From: Squalus acanthias
Taxonomy: Eukaryota
DNA length: 64,000 bases
Direction of reading: 5' to 3'
Assembly (NCBI GenBank): GCA_030390025.1
Contig: CM059431.1
Location: forward strand, 157,916,001 to 157,980,000
Shown in pieces: positions 12,541-25,230 of this stretch. A model generated the notes under the pieces. The model was not told where the DNA came from, did no database searches, and saw nothing but the letters and a program-made list of their open reading frames with translations. Both the position numbers and the translations under genes were made by a program. The first letter of the stretch is position 1; every line of letters starts with the position of its first letter.

Positions 12541-13210
12541 AAACACAGTGGGAAATTGGGAACATAGGGGAATTCACGATAATACGAGAACTCGGAAAGT
12601 ACAAAGACAGAGCAGGCGAATTTAGGGCAATACGCCAATTGTTAATTAGAAAAAGAATAAAGGTGACTTTAGTGAATCTCAGTAAAAGTTATATTAGAAA
12701 TAAAGGACAAGGCAATTTAGGAGAACACATTAACTGTTAAATTATAAATGGGGACGGGGGGATATAGGGGAACACAGTAACTGTTCAATTGGGAAAAAAG
12801 GACTGGGGAATTTAGATAACACAGTAACTGTTTAATTAGAAATAGAATAACGTTGAATGTAGTGGAACAAAGTAACTGTTTAGTTAGAAATGGATACAAT
12901 GGCGATTATGGGGAACACTGTAACGTTTTAATTAGGAGCAGAGAACGGGAGATTTTAGGGGAATATATTACCTATTTAATTAGGAATAGAGAACAGGGAA
13001 TTTAAGATAGAACAGTAACCGTTGAATTAGAAATTATGTCTCATGGAAAATAGTAACCATTTTTATAGAAGTAGAACACAGGAGAACATGGTTACTGTTT
13101 AGTAACAAATAGAGGGAACAGAATGTCAGGGAAACACAGTAACTGTTACTTAGAAATAGAAATTCTCAAGGGATCACAACGATTATTTAATTAGAAATAG
13201 GGGCAGGAGA
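12540..13210. repeat. Degenerate ~40-bp minisatellite (gggaacacagtaactgtttaattagaaatag..)
   Basis: Recurrent gaacacagtaactgtttaattagaaatag motif. Confidence 0.8.
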
Positions 13211-14274
13211 TTCTCAGCTATATGGGACTGAATTTTACACGCTAATGTAATGGTTATCTTGTTCATGCCTTTGCTCTCTATTTTATATATTGATGTTCGA
13301 TGATGTGGTTGATCACACATCGCCTTCTCATGACTGTAGTTTGGTGCAGATGTATCGCTAACTGATAGAATTGAAATTCCTGGCTGATGCCTAACACTTT
13401 ACTTAAATACAGTTGGTCGTCGGAATAGAGTTAAATGAGAATGTGCCTATTACAAAAATCTGGCAGAAATTCACCACCACTTCCTCCAAAAGCTGGATGC
13501 CAGCCGAATTGGTCGATCCTGGGGTCCACGGGGAAATTAAACCACGTGGCGTTTGGCATTTTGAAACTCAGCATGACGCGGTACGTTGAACAGTGACACG
13601 GAAAGGGGGCACTTAATTACAATTAATAAATGAAGCTCATTCATATTTAAAGCACTGAGGCTACTTTCAGAGTAATTTTTTCAATAAGGTCCTTGAGCAA
13701 TACAGTGAGGTGTCATCGGTTTATTGAGCACGCAGTACATGTGTAATAGTACTTACACCTAGACTTAAAATGTAAAAATTACAGCCACACCTGATGATTG
13801 TTGCTTGGTAATTCAAATGTGTTAGAGTTGTGAACTCAGTATCAGAGCCTTTTAAAAATTTAAAATACTCATTACAAATAACACGTTTTTATACATTTCT
13901 CTCTTTCCCCTACTTGGAAATCCACACTGTTCTGTATTACATAATTATATAATAGTTAAATTTCAACTCAATACAAGGATAATTAAGTTACTTATCTTTA
14001 TCAATCGCGATTATTTACCTTAGCTGTTATTTTCTCCACTGGGCTGTCATGTAGTATAATTTAGTTCGCTATCTTATCGTTAGTTCAACTCTTGATCCAT
14101 ATAATTGCAATTCTACCAAGTCAAGGCTAGAATTATAAGTATTGCTTTGTTTCTGCATCATCGATGTCAAGTAAAAATGATAATGTATGCCCAGATGTTT
14201 CCATGGAAGAGGTAACACCATCCCACACGTTATCAACCGATTAACGTTCTCTGAAATTTATGAATCAGTTTGCA

Positions 14275-14440
14275 TTTCATCCCCTCCCCCTTTTTCCAGC
14301 TTTATCCTTGCTTTAAATCTATTTCATATCCTGCTTTTTTCCAGTTCTGACGAAAGGTCTTCGACCTGAAACGTTAACTCTGTTTCTCTTTCCACGGATG
14401 CTGCCTGGCCTGCTGAGTTTTTCCAGCGTTTTCTGTTGGT
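14275..14440 (+). mobile_element. Penelope 3' terminal fragment with intact hammerhead motif (14343-14379)
   Basis: Nearly identical to 5425-5560. Confidence 0.85.
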
Positions 14441-15862
14441 TGATACATGAGCATATATCCGGTTTCACTTGCAATATATGAAGGGGCTGCATAATCGCCT
14501 TGGTAATGCACGGTGCTTGTCAGTAAGGTAGTTAAAAAACGAACGATAGTTGTCAGCCACAACAGTATAAAACTGCCTGATACAGTGAACAGTAAAATTA
14601 TGGATATCCTTCGGTTCTCCATCTATGGATCGCTCTCATTCTCACTGCTGTCACCCCGGAGTCCCCTGTGGGCTCTGCTGGCCTCTAAAATACGTCTGAC
14701 TGTCAAACAATTAAACAGTAATATCAAAGCATATGCAAACCAATCAAATAAAATGCTATGTAACCAGGAGATGACTGCACCTATAGGCGATGTAAAAAAT
14801 TCTACTCTTGTGCGGCAACCTGAGGGGACATTGTTAATCATTCGATCAGATTCTTATGCAAACCAAAAAGGGAGGCTCTATAAACAGATCAGGACAGAGA
14901 CCGTTGTAATGTCCGCAGCCGCTGTTCTCACTGTGCAATACTTTGCTTTAAACTTCACGCAGCCTATAGCTGCAAATCTGTCAAATGTGAACGAGACGGT
15001 AAACCACACCGACACATGTAGGGTAATACACTGCACGTCCATAATGATCTTACAAACAGAAGTGTAGGACAGGAATGAATTTGGAAAGTAATGACTGAAA
15101 CTGCGGTTCACTAATATATTGAAGATCATGACCAGCAAATCTGCTGTTGCTATGGCCACCATGTAGACAGAGATACATTTGGAAAGTCCGCAATTTCCCC
15201 TGGAGAGAATCACGATTGTCATTAGGTTCGCTGTGAGAAAGAGGGACAAGCTGTAAGTCACGGGGACACTCAGATATATCTCCAACATATTGTGCGGAAA
15301 TGTGCAGATGTGTCCCTACTTAGCGTTATGTACACGGATTATTATCATGAATATAGGCGAGATTTGACGACATTTTATTTAAAAGAATTAAATCTTTGAA
15401 CATTCAATATACAGGGACTGAAAAGCCGCCGTCCTTCCAGAATACTTCAGTCAAGTATTGAATGTATTTTCGCGAAAGGGAATCACGGCACAAATGAGCT
15501 GATTATTATGGACACTGAGCAATACATTCTGTAGTGGGCGGTGAACTTTTGGATATGCCAGGGAATCAGCCTTGCCCTCCCTCAGTATAGAAGGAATACT
15601 GAGCGCCCGGTGCAAGCGACCTACCGACCAGAACAGCGCCTCATCGGCCGTGCGGACTGTTCGAATTCCCACTGATATTGACCAACTTATCCAGGCGAAT
15701 AAATAAGAATGCAATGAGGACATTATCGGAATCTGTTCCATAATCATTAACAGTGAGATAGTCAACAGCTATAAGGCAACACGATGCATTGACTTACTTG
15801 GAATGCCAAAGGCTGCGAGAACATGGTCCTAAATGTCCCTTATCTGTAGATGGCCGCACCAT
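14441..15862 (-). pseudogene. Class A GPCR pseudogene (GPR139/GPR142-like), two exons: 15862-15798 and 15230-~14441
   Basis: Exon 1 reads MVRP(fs)LQIRDI*DHVLAAFGIP with GTAAGT donor; acceptor ctctttctcacAG at 15231. Exon 2 has NLMTIVILSRGNCGLSKC, ATADLLV, SVWFTVSFTFDRFAAIGC and SFILLW. In-frame stops at 14878 and 14623; TM7 cut by the Penelope fragment. Confidence 0.9.
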
Positions 15863-16294
15863 TATTTTTGAAGATTTGTGTGAATTCTGTGTGGCTTTAC
15901 GATTCCGACTAGAGCGTATCTGATATCCGTTAATGCTGCCCATTTATGTAGCATCGGCGAAGCGGTGAGATAAACAGGTTTACACAACAATTGCCGTTAG
16001 TTACAGTCAATTAACAAACAATTAGAACGTGTCCGCTTCAGTGCGCCCGGGACGCCAATGGGGAAATTGAAAAGCTCAGTCCATGAAACAGCGACTGTTA
16101 AAATCAATGAACGGAAAAAAATCCCAGAGGGATTGTGGTCTGCGCATGTCCCGTAAACAATGAAGGGAATATTTCTGCTGGACTCTGCAATAGGTTCTTG
16201 GTACCTTAGCTTAATTCGGTCAAAGCGTCACTCATTCATTACATAACTAAAATGTGTTTTGTACTCTAATGATGACTGATGATGAATCAGCTCT

Positions 16295-16642
16295 ATCATT
16301 ACTGAAGATGACTCATCTCTGAACTTACTGGTGTTGAGCCTACTGTAACATTGCTGTTAGTGACCCGACGCTAACATTACTGGTGGTGACCCTACTCTAA
16401 CATGACTGGTGGTGACCCTACTCTAACATTACTGGTGGTGACCCTACACTAACATTCCTGGTGGCGACCCTACTCTAATATTACTGGTGGTGACCCTACT
16501 CTAACATTACTGGTGGTGACTCTACTCTAAAATTATTTATGTTGACCCTACTCTAACATTACTGGTGGTCACGCCACTTTAACATCACTTTTGATGACTC
16601 TACTCCAACATTAATCTTGGTGATCCTACTCTAACATTACTG
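16295..16642 (+). repeat. 26-bp minisatellite (aacattactggtggtgaccctactct), about 13 units
   Basis: Period 26 (e.g. 16381 to 16407); homogeneous core with degenerate edges. Confidence 0.95.
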
Positions 16643-16644
16643 AT

Positions 16645-18455
16645 CGTTTACTGATTTCTATGTTGAGAGTTTCCTTCGTTTACTTTTTCTTATATTTCCA
16701 TTTTACTCTGTTTACTGTTTCCTATGTTTCCGGTTTTCCATGTTTATTGTTTCCTATATTTACTATTTTCTATGTTTACTGTTCGCTATTTACTTGTTTC
16801 ATATATTTCCTGTTTCGTTGGTTTACTGTTTCTTATGTTACTTTTAACTATATTTCATGTGTCTTATATTTCCTGTTTCCTAAGTTTCATTTTCCAATGT
16901 GTAATATATCCTATGTTTATTGTTTTCCGTTTCCAATGTTTCCTGTTTCATGTTTCTTGTGTTTACTGTTTTCTATGTTTTTTCTTTCCAATGTTTACTC
17001 TTTCCGATGTTTCACCTTTCCTATGTTTCATATTTCCTGTTTACTCTTTCCTATGTTTCCTCTATCCTATGTTTATTGTTTCCTTTTCTGTGGTTCCTAT
17101 GTTTCCTGTTTCCCACGGTTCCTCTTTCCTATGTTGACTGTTCCTTATGTTTACTGTTAACAGCATTTCCTGTGTCTAATCTTTGCTATTTGCTATATTT
17201 GCTATTTCCCATGTTTACAGTTTCCTATGTTTACTATTCTCTATGTTTCTTATGATTTCCCTTTCCTATGTTTACTATTTCTACTGCTTCCTCTTTCCTG
17301 TTTCCTATCTTTACTATTTCCTAGATTAACTGTTCCATATGTTTACTGTTCCATATATTTCCTCTTTCCTATATTTCCGCTTTCCTATGTTTACTGTTCC
17401 ATATGTTTAATGTTTCCAAAGTTACAATTTCCTGTTTCCTATATTTACTCTTTCCTATTTTTCAGCTTTCCAATGTGTCGTCTTTTCTATGTTTAATCTT
17501 TCCTATGATTACTGTTTACTGTTTCCTATCTTCACTGTTTCTTATTTTTAATGTTTACGATCGCCCGTATCTTTTTATATTTATTTTTGCCTATGTTTCC
17601 TTTTCCCATGTTTCCTATTTTCTTTGATGCGGCGATGCCGGTGTTGGACAGTGGTGGACAAAAGTGAGAAGTCGCACAACACCAGGTTATAGTCCAACAG
17701 TTTTATTTGAAATCACAAGCTTTCAGAGCGCTGCCCCTTTGTCAGCAGCGCCGAAAGCTTGTGATTTCAAGTAAAACTGTTGGACTATAACCTGGTGTTG
17801 TGCGACTTCCCTATTTTCTTTGTTTCATGTATGCTATATTTCCTGTTTCCTATATTTACTGTTTCCGATGGTTACTATTTGTTATGTTTTGTTATTCTGA
17901 TATTTACTGCTTCCTAAGTTATTGTTTCCTATGATTCGTGTTTCCTATGATTCTTTTTTCCTATGCTTACATTTTCCTATGTTTTATATTTCATGTTTCC
18001 TATTTACTGCTTCCTGTATAATATTTTTCCTGATTCATAAGTTCCAGGTTTCCTATGTTTACTCTATCTTATGTTTCCTTTTCCCTCAGTTTCATATGTC
18101 CTGTTTACTATTTTTTCAGTTTTGTCTGCTTAATATTTCGTTTTTTTACTATTTCCTATGTTTCCTTGTTCCTCTTCTCTATATTTACTGTGTCCTATGT
18201 TTACTGTTTCTTATGTTTCATATTTTCTATTTTTACTGTTTCTTATCAAACAATCATGAAAATTTACGCCACGGAAGGAGGCTATTGTGTCTGTACAATT
18301 TTTCCTGTTGCTTCTTTTTACGGTTTACTATGTTTACTGTTTAATATGTGTACTGTTTCCTATATTTACTATTTCTTATTTTTTCCTATTTCCTTTGTTT
18401 CCCGTTTCTTATGTTTCCTGATCCTGATATTTCCTGGTTGCTATGTGTCATGTTT
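16645..18455 (+). repeat. Same T-rich satellite array
   Basis: tttcctatgtttactg units. Confidence 0.95.
17626..17809 (-). mobile_element. Short fold-back Penelope-like element (same family as 2113-2828)
   Basis: Inverted arms 17668-~17724 / ~17752-17809, unpaired tail 17626-17667, TSD cctattttctttg at 17614 and 17810. Confidence 0.8.
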
Positions 18456-19078
18456 AATATCCAGAAGACTCTTGGATGGCTAATGTAAAAGCTGTATTGA
18501 GGAAGGGAGTTAGAACATTTCCAGGGGACGATAAACCAGTCAGCCTAAGATCGGTAGTAGGAAAAATAATGGAATCCCTACTAAATGAGAACATAGAAGA
18601 ATATTTAGAAGTAAAATTATGGAACATATAGGCAATATTAACCACAATATAATACGATTTAAGTTGATAATAGATAATGACATAAGTATGAGAAAACCAG
18701 GTTAATAGATTGGAGCAAAGATGATTTTTAGGGGCTGTGAATACAACTGGAAAGAAAATTGGGCAACAATATTGGCAAACAACGATGTTAACGACAATGG
18801 GAAACATATAACATGTTGTTCAACAGAGTGCAGGGAAAATATATTCAGCTAAAATGAAAGAACAAACTAAAAAATAATGAGACTCCATGGATGAATAAAG
18901 ACATAAAGGAACAATTGAGGATACATTAACTACACAGAGAGCAGAGAAGTGCATGATGAAAGAGAATACGAAGGGATTACGAGAGAAGTCAAAAAAACAA
19001 TTAAGAAGGCAAAGAGGAACTATGAAATTAAATTATCGAGTAACATGAAACAAAATAGTAAAATATTTTAGAGGCACA

Positions 19079-19462
19079 CACTTTCGCGGGCTTTTCTTCA
19101 CAGGCTGTTGTCGGGAGCGACGAGACCGGAGGTGCTGTGAGGTGCTGTGAGTATTTGAACTCACTTTCGCGGGCTTTTCTTCACAGGCTGTTGTCGGGAG
19201 CGACGAGACCGGAGGTGCTGTGAGGTGCTGTGAGTATTTGAACTCACTTTCGCGGGCTTTTCTTCACAGGCTGTTGTCGGGAGCGACGAGACCGGAGGTG
19301 CTGTGAGGTGCTGTGAGTATTTGAACTCACTTTCGCGGGCTTTTCTTCACAGGCTGTTGTCGGGAGCGACGAGACCGGAGGTGCTGTGAGGTGCTGTGAG
19401 TATTTGAACTCACTTTCGCGGGCTTTTCTTCACAGGCTGTTGTCGGGAGCGACGAGACCGGA
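19079..19462 (+). repeat. 83-bp perfect tandem repeat (4 full units plus 1 partial) forming the CR1 5' UTR
   Basis: ctttcgcggg at 19081, 19164, 19247, 19330 and 19413; units appear identical. Confidence 0.97.
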
Positions 19463-19509
19463 AGCGGACCAGGTGGGAAGCACCCAGGTGAACGGCATTT
19501 AAGGAGGGT

Positions 19510-20374
19510 GTGTGCGGGAAGTGTGTCCAGCTGCAGCTCATGTGGGACCGCATGACGGCCCTTGAGCTGCGGATGGACTCACTTTGGAGTATCCACGATT
19601 CTGAGAGGGTTGTGGATAGCACATTTAGTGAGTTGGTCACACCGCAGGTTAAGGCCAGCGTAGATAGTACATGGGTGACCAAAAGGCAGAGCAAGGGCAG
19701 GAAGGTAGTGCAGAAATCCCCTGGGGTTGTCTCCCTTAGCAACAGGTTCACCGCCTTAGGTGCTGTTGTCGGGGGGGGATGACTCATCGGGGGAAGGCAC
19801 CAGCAGCCAGGCTCATGGCACCATGACTGGCTCTGTTGCAAAGAAGGGAGGGAAAAAGAGTGGCAGGGCTATAGTAATAGGGGATTCGATTGTAAGGGGA
19901 ATAGATAGGGGTTTCTGTGGTCGCGACCGAGACTCCAGGATGGTATGTTGCCTCCCTGGTGCAAGGGTCAAGGATGTCTCGGCGCGGGTGCAGAACATTC
20001 TGGAGGGGGAGGGGGAACAGCCAGTTGTCGTGATACATGTTGGTACCAACGACGTAGCTAAAAAAAGGGAAGAGGTCCTACAAGTAGAATTTAGGGAGTT
20101 AGGAGCCAAGCTAAAAAGTAGGACCTCGAAGGTAGTAATCTCTGGATTACTACCAGTGCCACGTGCTAGTAAGAGTACAGAGAACAGGATAGTTAGGCTA
20201 AATACGTGGCTTGAGCAGTGGTGTAAGAGGGAGGGTTTTAAATTTTTGAGGCATTGGAACCAGTTTTGTGGTAGGTGTGACCTATACAAAAGGGACGGTC
20301 TACACCTGTGCAAAGATGGAACTGATGTTCTCGGGGTAATTTTTGATAAAGCAGTTCGGGAGCATTTAAACTAG
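19510..20374 (+). CDS. CR1 ORF1 (CxxC, coiled coil, SGNH esterase domain), frameshifted at the G8 run ~19771
   Basis: VCGKCVQLQL; GDSIVRG, HVGTND and DGLH esterase blocks. Confidence 0.85.
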
Positions 20375-20449
20375 CTATGGCAGGGGGCTAGAAACCTATG
20401 TAGTGAAATAGAGGAAAGTGAAAGGCAGACAGAAATAAATGGTAAAAGG

Positions 20450-23316
20450 GTGAGGAACAAAAAACAAAGGGCCAAACTAATTCATAAAAAATGTGAGCAT
20501 AAAAAAAGCCTGAGGGTTTTATACCTTAATGCGAGAAGCATCAGGAACAATGTAGATGAATTAGCTGTGGAAATAGAGGTTAATAATTATGATCTAATTG
20601 GGATTACGGAAACATGGTTGCAGGGTGAGCAGGGCTGGGAGCTTAACATACAGGGGTATTCAGTATTTAGGAAGGATCGACAAAAAAGAAAGGGAGGAGG
20701 GGTAGCATTGCTGGTAAAAGAGGGGATAAATGCAATTGAAAGGAAGGATATTAACTCAGTTAATACAGAATCTATATGGGTGGAGCTAAGAAATAGCGAG
20801 GGGCGAAAAACATTAATAGGAGTGGTATATAGGCCTCCAAATAGTAAAATAGAGGTTGGGGAGGGCATCACGAGGGAAATTAGAGAAGCGTGCAATAAGA
20901 GCACAGCTGTCATCATAGGTGACTTTAACTTACATATAGATTGGACTAGCCTAATCAGTAAAAATAATGAGGAGGAGGAATTCCTTGAGTGTTTAAGGGA
21001 TGGTTATCTGGATCAATATGTCGAGGAACCAACTCGGGAACAGGCTATATTGGACTGGGTACTGTGCAATGAGAAGGGACTAATTAGTAATCTTGTTGTA
21101 CGGGGACCCTTGGGTCAGAGCGATCATAACATGATCGATTTCTCACTCGAAATGGAGAGCGAAGAAATTGACTCAGAGACTAAGGTCCTGAATTTAAACA
21201 AGGGGAATTATGATGCCATTAGACGGGAACTGAGTAGGTCTGATTGGACAACGTTCCTGGGAGGACTGGAGGTAGATAAACAATGGCAAGCATTTAAAGA
21301 TAGAATGACAAAATTGCAAAAATTGTTTATACCAATCTGGCATAAAAGGAAATCTAAAAAGGTGACTCAACCGTGGATAACAGGGGAAATTAGAGACAGC
21401 ATAAAATCCAAAGATAGGGCGTATAAAATAGCCAAAAAAAGAGCCAGAGCGGAAGATTGGGAACATTTAAGATAGAGCAAAGGAGGACAAAGGGCTTAAT
21501 CAAGAGGGGCAAAATAGCTTACGAAAGCAAGCTGGTGGAAAATATAAAAACTAACTCCAAAAGCTTTTATAAGTATATCAAGAGGAAAAGACTGGTGAAA
21601 ACCAAAGTTGGTCCATTGCAGTCAGATATGGGGGAATATATAACGGGAAATAAGGAAATGGCAGACCAACTAAATGCATACTTTGGGTCAGTCTTTACGA
21701 AGGAAGACACAAAAAACCTCCCTGGGATATCGGGAAAAATAGGGACATTGGCAAAGGAGGAACTGACGCAAATCAATATCTCTAAGGATATGGTGTTAAG
21801 GAAGCTAAAGGGATTGAAGGCGGACAAATCCCCAGGGCCTGATAACATGCATCCTAGGGTACTGAAGGAGGTGGCCCCAGAGATAGCGGATGCACTAAGT
21901 ATGATTTTTCAGAATTCATTAGACTCGGGAACAGTGCCCATCGATTGGAGGGTAGCTAACGTTACCCCACTATTCAAAAAGGGGGGTAGGGAAAAAGCAG
22001 GTAATTACAGACCTGTAAGCCTTACATCAGTTGTGGGCAAAATGCTGGAGTCCATCATTAAGGATGAAATAGCGGAGCACTTAGCAAATGGGGACAGGAT
22101 AGGACAGAGTCAACATGGATTTACAAAGGGTAAATCGTGCTTGACTAATCTATTGGAATTTTTTGAGGGAGTAACTGGTAAAATAGATGGGGGAGAGCCA
22201 GTAGATGTGGTGTACCTGGACTTCCAAAAGGCCTTCGATAAGGTCCCACATAAAAGATTAGCATGTAAAGTTGAAGCTCATGGGATAAAGGGGAAAGTAT
22301 TGACGTGGATAGAGAACTGGCTGTCAGATAGAAAACAGAGAGTTGGAATAAACGGCTCATTTTCTGAATGGCAGGCAGTAACGAGTGGGGTACCGCAGGG
22401 ATCTGTCCTGGGTCCCCAGCTGTTCACAATTTACATTAATGACCTGGATCAGGGACTCGGATGCAGCATTTCCAAATTTGCAGACGACACTAAACTAGGA
22501 GGTGGGCTGGGCTCAGAGGAGGAGACCAGGAAGCTCCAGAGCGATTTGGACAGACTGGGTGATTGGGCGGATAAATGGCAGATGCACTATAATGTGGACA
22601 AGTGCGAAGTTATCCACCTTGGGTGCAGGAACGGGAGGGCAAATTATTATTTAAATGGCAATAAATTGGGAGAGGGGGAAGTACAGAGAGACCTGGGTGT
22701 TCTTGTACACCAGTCACTGAAGGCGAGCATGCAGGTGCAACAGGCGGTCAAGAAGGCAAACGGTATGCTGGCCTTCATAGCAAAAGGGTTGGAATACAGG
22801 AACAGGGATACCTTGCTGCAGCTGTACAGGGCACTGGTGAGACCACACCTCGAGTACTGTGTACAGTTTTGGTCGCCTCATCTGAGGAAAGATGTTCTTG
22901 CCATGGAGGGGGTGCAGCGGCGATTCACCAGGCTGATACCAGGAATGGCGGGATTGACCTATGAGGAGAGACTATGTAGTTTAGGGATGTACACACTGGA
23001 GTTTAGAAGATTGAGAGGGGACCTCATAGAAGTGTATAAAATTCTGACAGGTCTAGACAGACTAGATGCAGAAGGAATGTTTCCCTTGGCGGGTGAGAAC
23101 AGAACTAGAGGACATAATTTAAGGATAAGGGCTAAACCATTTAGGACAGAAATGAGGGGGAATTTCTTCACTCAGAGGGTGGTGAACCTGTGGAACTCAT
23201 TGCCACAGAGGGCAGTGTACGCCAGCTCATTAAATATATTTAAGAGGGAATTAGATATATTTCTACAGGCAAAAGGGGTTAAGGGTTACGGAGAGAAGGC
23301 GGGGACGGGATACTGA
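20450..23316 (+). CDS. CR1 ORF2 (APE endonuclease + reverse transcriptase), one frameshift at ~21467
   Basis: YLNARSI, GITETW, GDFN and SDHN (APE); NYRPVSLT, QHGF, LDFQKAFD, GVPQGSVLGP and FADD (RT). Confidence 0.95.
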
Positions 23317-25230
23317 ATTGGAGGATCAGCCATGATCTCATTAAATGGCGGAGCAGGCTCGAAGGGCCGGATGGCCTACTCCTGCTCCTATCTTCTATGT
23401 ATCTATGTATCTATGTATCAATGAAAAAGGTTTGGTTGGGATAGGAACAGGACCGTTTCGGGAAAGAAAGGACAACACCACAGGTAACGATAGGGAGATG
23501 GCTGAAATATGAAATCGTTATTTCGCTTCCATATTTAACAAGGTGACAGAGCATGTGGGCATGATATTGTATGATGAGTTTACTAACAAGATGAGTGCAT
23601 TTAAAATATAAAAGCGGATATATTAAATAAACTAATCAAACTCAAAGAGGATAAAAGCCCTGGTCCAGAAGGATTGCATCGCTACATTTTAAAGAATCTA
23701 GGAAACAGATAGCAGAGGAATTACTACACATATTTAATAATTCATTAGAAAAAGGTGTAGTGCTAGAGGACTTGCGGATAGCTAACGTAATACCTATATT
23801 TAAGAGGAGGGATTGAACATGTCCAGGGAATTATAGACCAGTCAGCTTAATATCGGTGGTAGGAAAAATAATGGGTTGCCTGCTAAAGGTAAAAATAGAA
23901 AAACAACTAGAAGCGAAAAGTATAGTAATGAATAGTCAGCATGGATTTCAAAAGGGAAAATCTTGCTCGTACAATATTAATGAATTTTCTGAAGAGGTAA
24001 CAGAGATTGAGTAGACAATGACAGTGCAGTAGCTTTAATTTATATAGATTTTCAAAAGGCACTCGATAAAGTACCACATAATAGACTAATAAATAAGGTC
24101 AGAGAATGGGGAGTCAGGGGACAAGTAGCAGAATGAACTGCTAGCTGGCTTCAAGACAGAATGCAGTGAGTGGGAGTAAAGGGTAGCGATTCACAGTGGC
24201 TGAAGGTGGGTAGTGGAGTTCCACAGGGATCAGTGCTGGGATTACTGCTGTTCACAATTTACATTAACGAATTAGACTTTGGAATCAAAAACACAATTTC
24301 GAAATTGCGGATGATACCAAATTGTGGGGGGGGGCGGGGGGGTAGTCAATACTGAGGAGGACTGCAACAAATTAGAGGAGGACATTAATAAACTTGCAGA
24401 ATGGGAAAATAATTGTAAATGAAGTTCAACACAGAAAAGCGTGAGGTATTTCATTTTGGTAGGAAGAAGAGGGAGGTCACATCACTTGGAGGATGCGAGT
24501 CTCGGTGGGGTAGAGGAAATAAGGGATCTCGGAGCACAAATACACATATCACTAAAAGTTGCACCACAGGTTAGCAAGACCATAAGAAACAAACCAAGCA
24601 CTAAGGTTTATTTCTAGAGGGATAGAATTGAAAAGTAGTGATGCTATGCTAACCCATTATTGAACCTTGGTTAGACCACACTTAGAGCACTGCGTGCAGT
24701 TCTGGTCGTCATATTATAAAAACGGTATAGAAGCACTGGAGAGGGGGAAGAGAGGATTTGCAAGGATGATACCAGAAATGCGAAGGTATACATCTCAGGA
24801 AAGGATGAACAGGCTGGAACTCTCTTCTCTGGAAAAGAGCAGGCTGAGGGCGACCTATTAGAGGTATTTTAAATTATGAAAGGTTTTGTGAGAGTGGGTA
24901 AAGAGAGAACGTTTCCACTTGTGGGGCCGAGCATAACTAGAGGCCATCAATATAAGAGAGTCACAGTAGGGAATTCACGTAACACTTGTTACCCAAAGAG
25001 TGGTGAGAATGTGGAACTCGCTACCACAGGGAGTGTTTGAAGCGAATAGTATAGATGCATTTAAGGGGAGACTGGACAAGCATATGAGGGAGAAAGGAAT
25101 TGGGGGTTATACTGATAGAGTTAGACGTAAAAGACGGGAGGAGGCTGTAGTGGAGCATAAACGCCGGCATGGACTGGTTAGGCCGAATGGCCTGTTGCTG
25201 TGCATTATATCCGATGTAATCATATGTAAT

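Larger units (their letters stand above)
19079..23419 (+). mobile_element. Young, near-intact full-length CR1 retrotransposon
   Basis: 5' tandem 83-bp monomers, ORF1, ORF2, 3' UTR and (ctatgtat)n tail. Confidence 0.95.
18456..25230 (+). mobile_element. Old degenerate CR1 (host of the young CR1 at 19079-23419)
   Basis: Linker/RT remnants; sequence is continuous across the insertion (aggcaca|caatgaaaaagg); GVPQGSVLGLLLF, RPHLEHCVQFWS; tail near 25220. Confidence 0.8.

Noticed and set aside
14374..14440. Apparent GPCR C-terminus QPTENAGKTQQARQHPWKEKQS
   Set aside because: Read-through into the antisense Penelope end, not receptor sequence
15231..15288. ORF-track N-terminus MLEIYLSVPVTYSLSLFLT for the GPCR
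   Set aside because: This is intron sequence ending in the polypyrimidine-AG acceptor; the real first exon is at 15862-15798
19079..19462. CRISPR-like appearance of regular repeats (also 16295-16642)
   Set aside because: The units are contiguous with no unique spacers, there are no cas genes, and the context is eukaryotic
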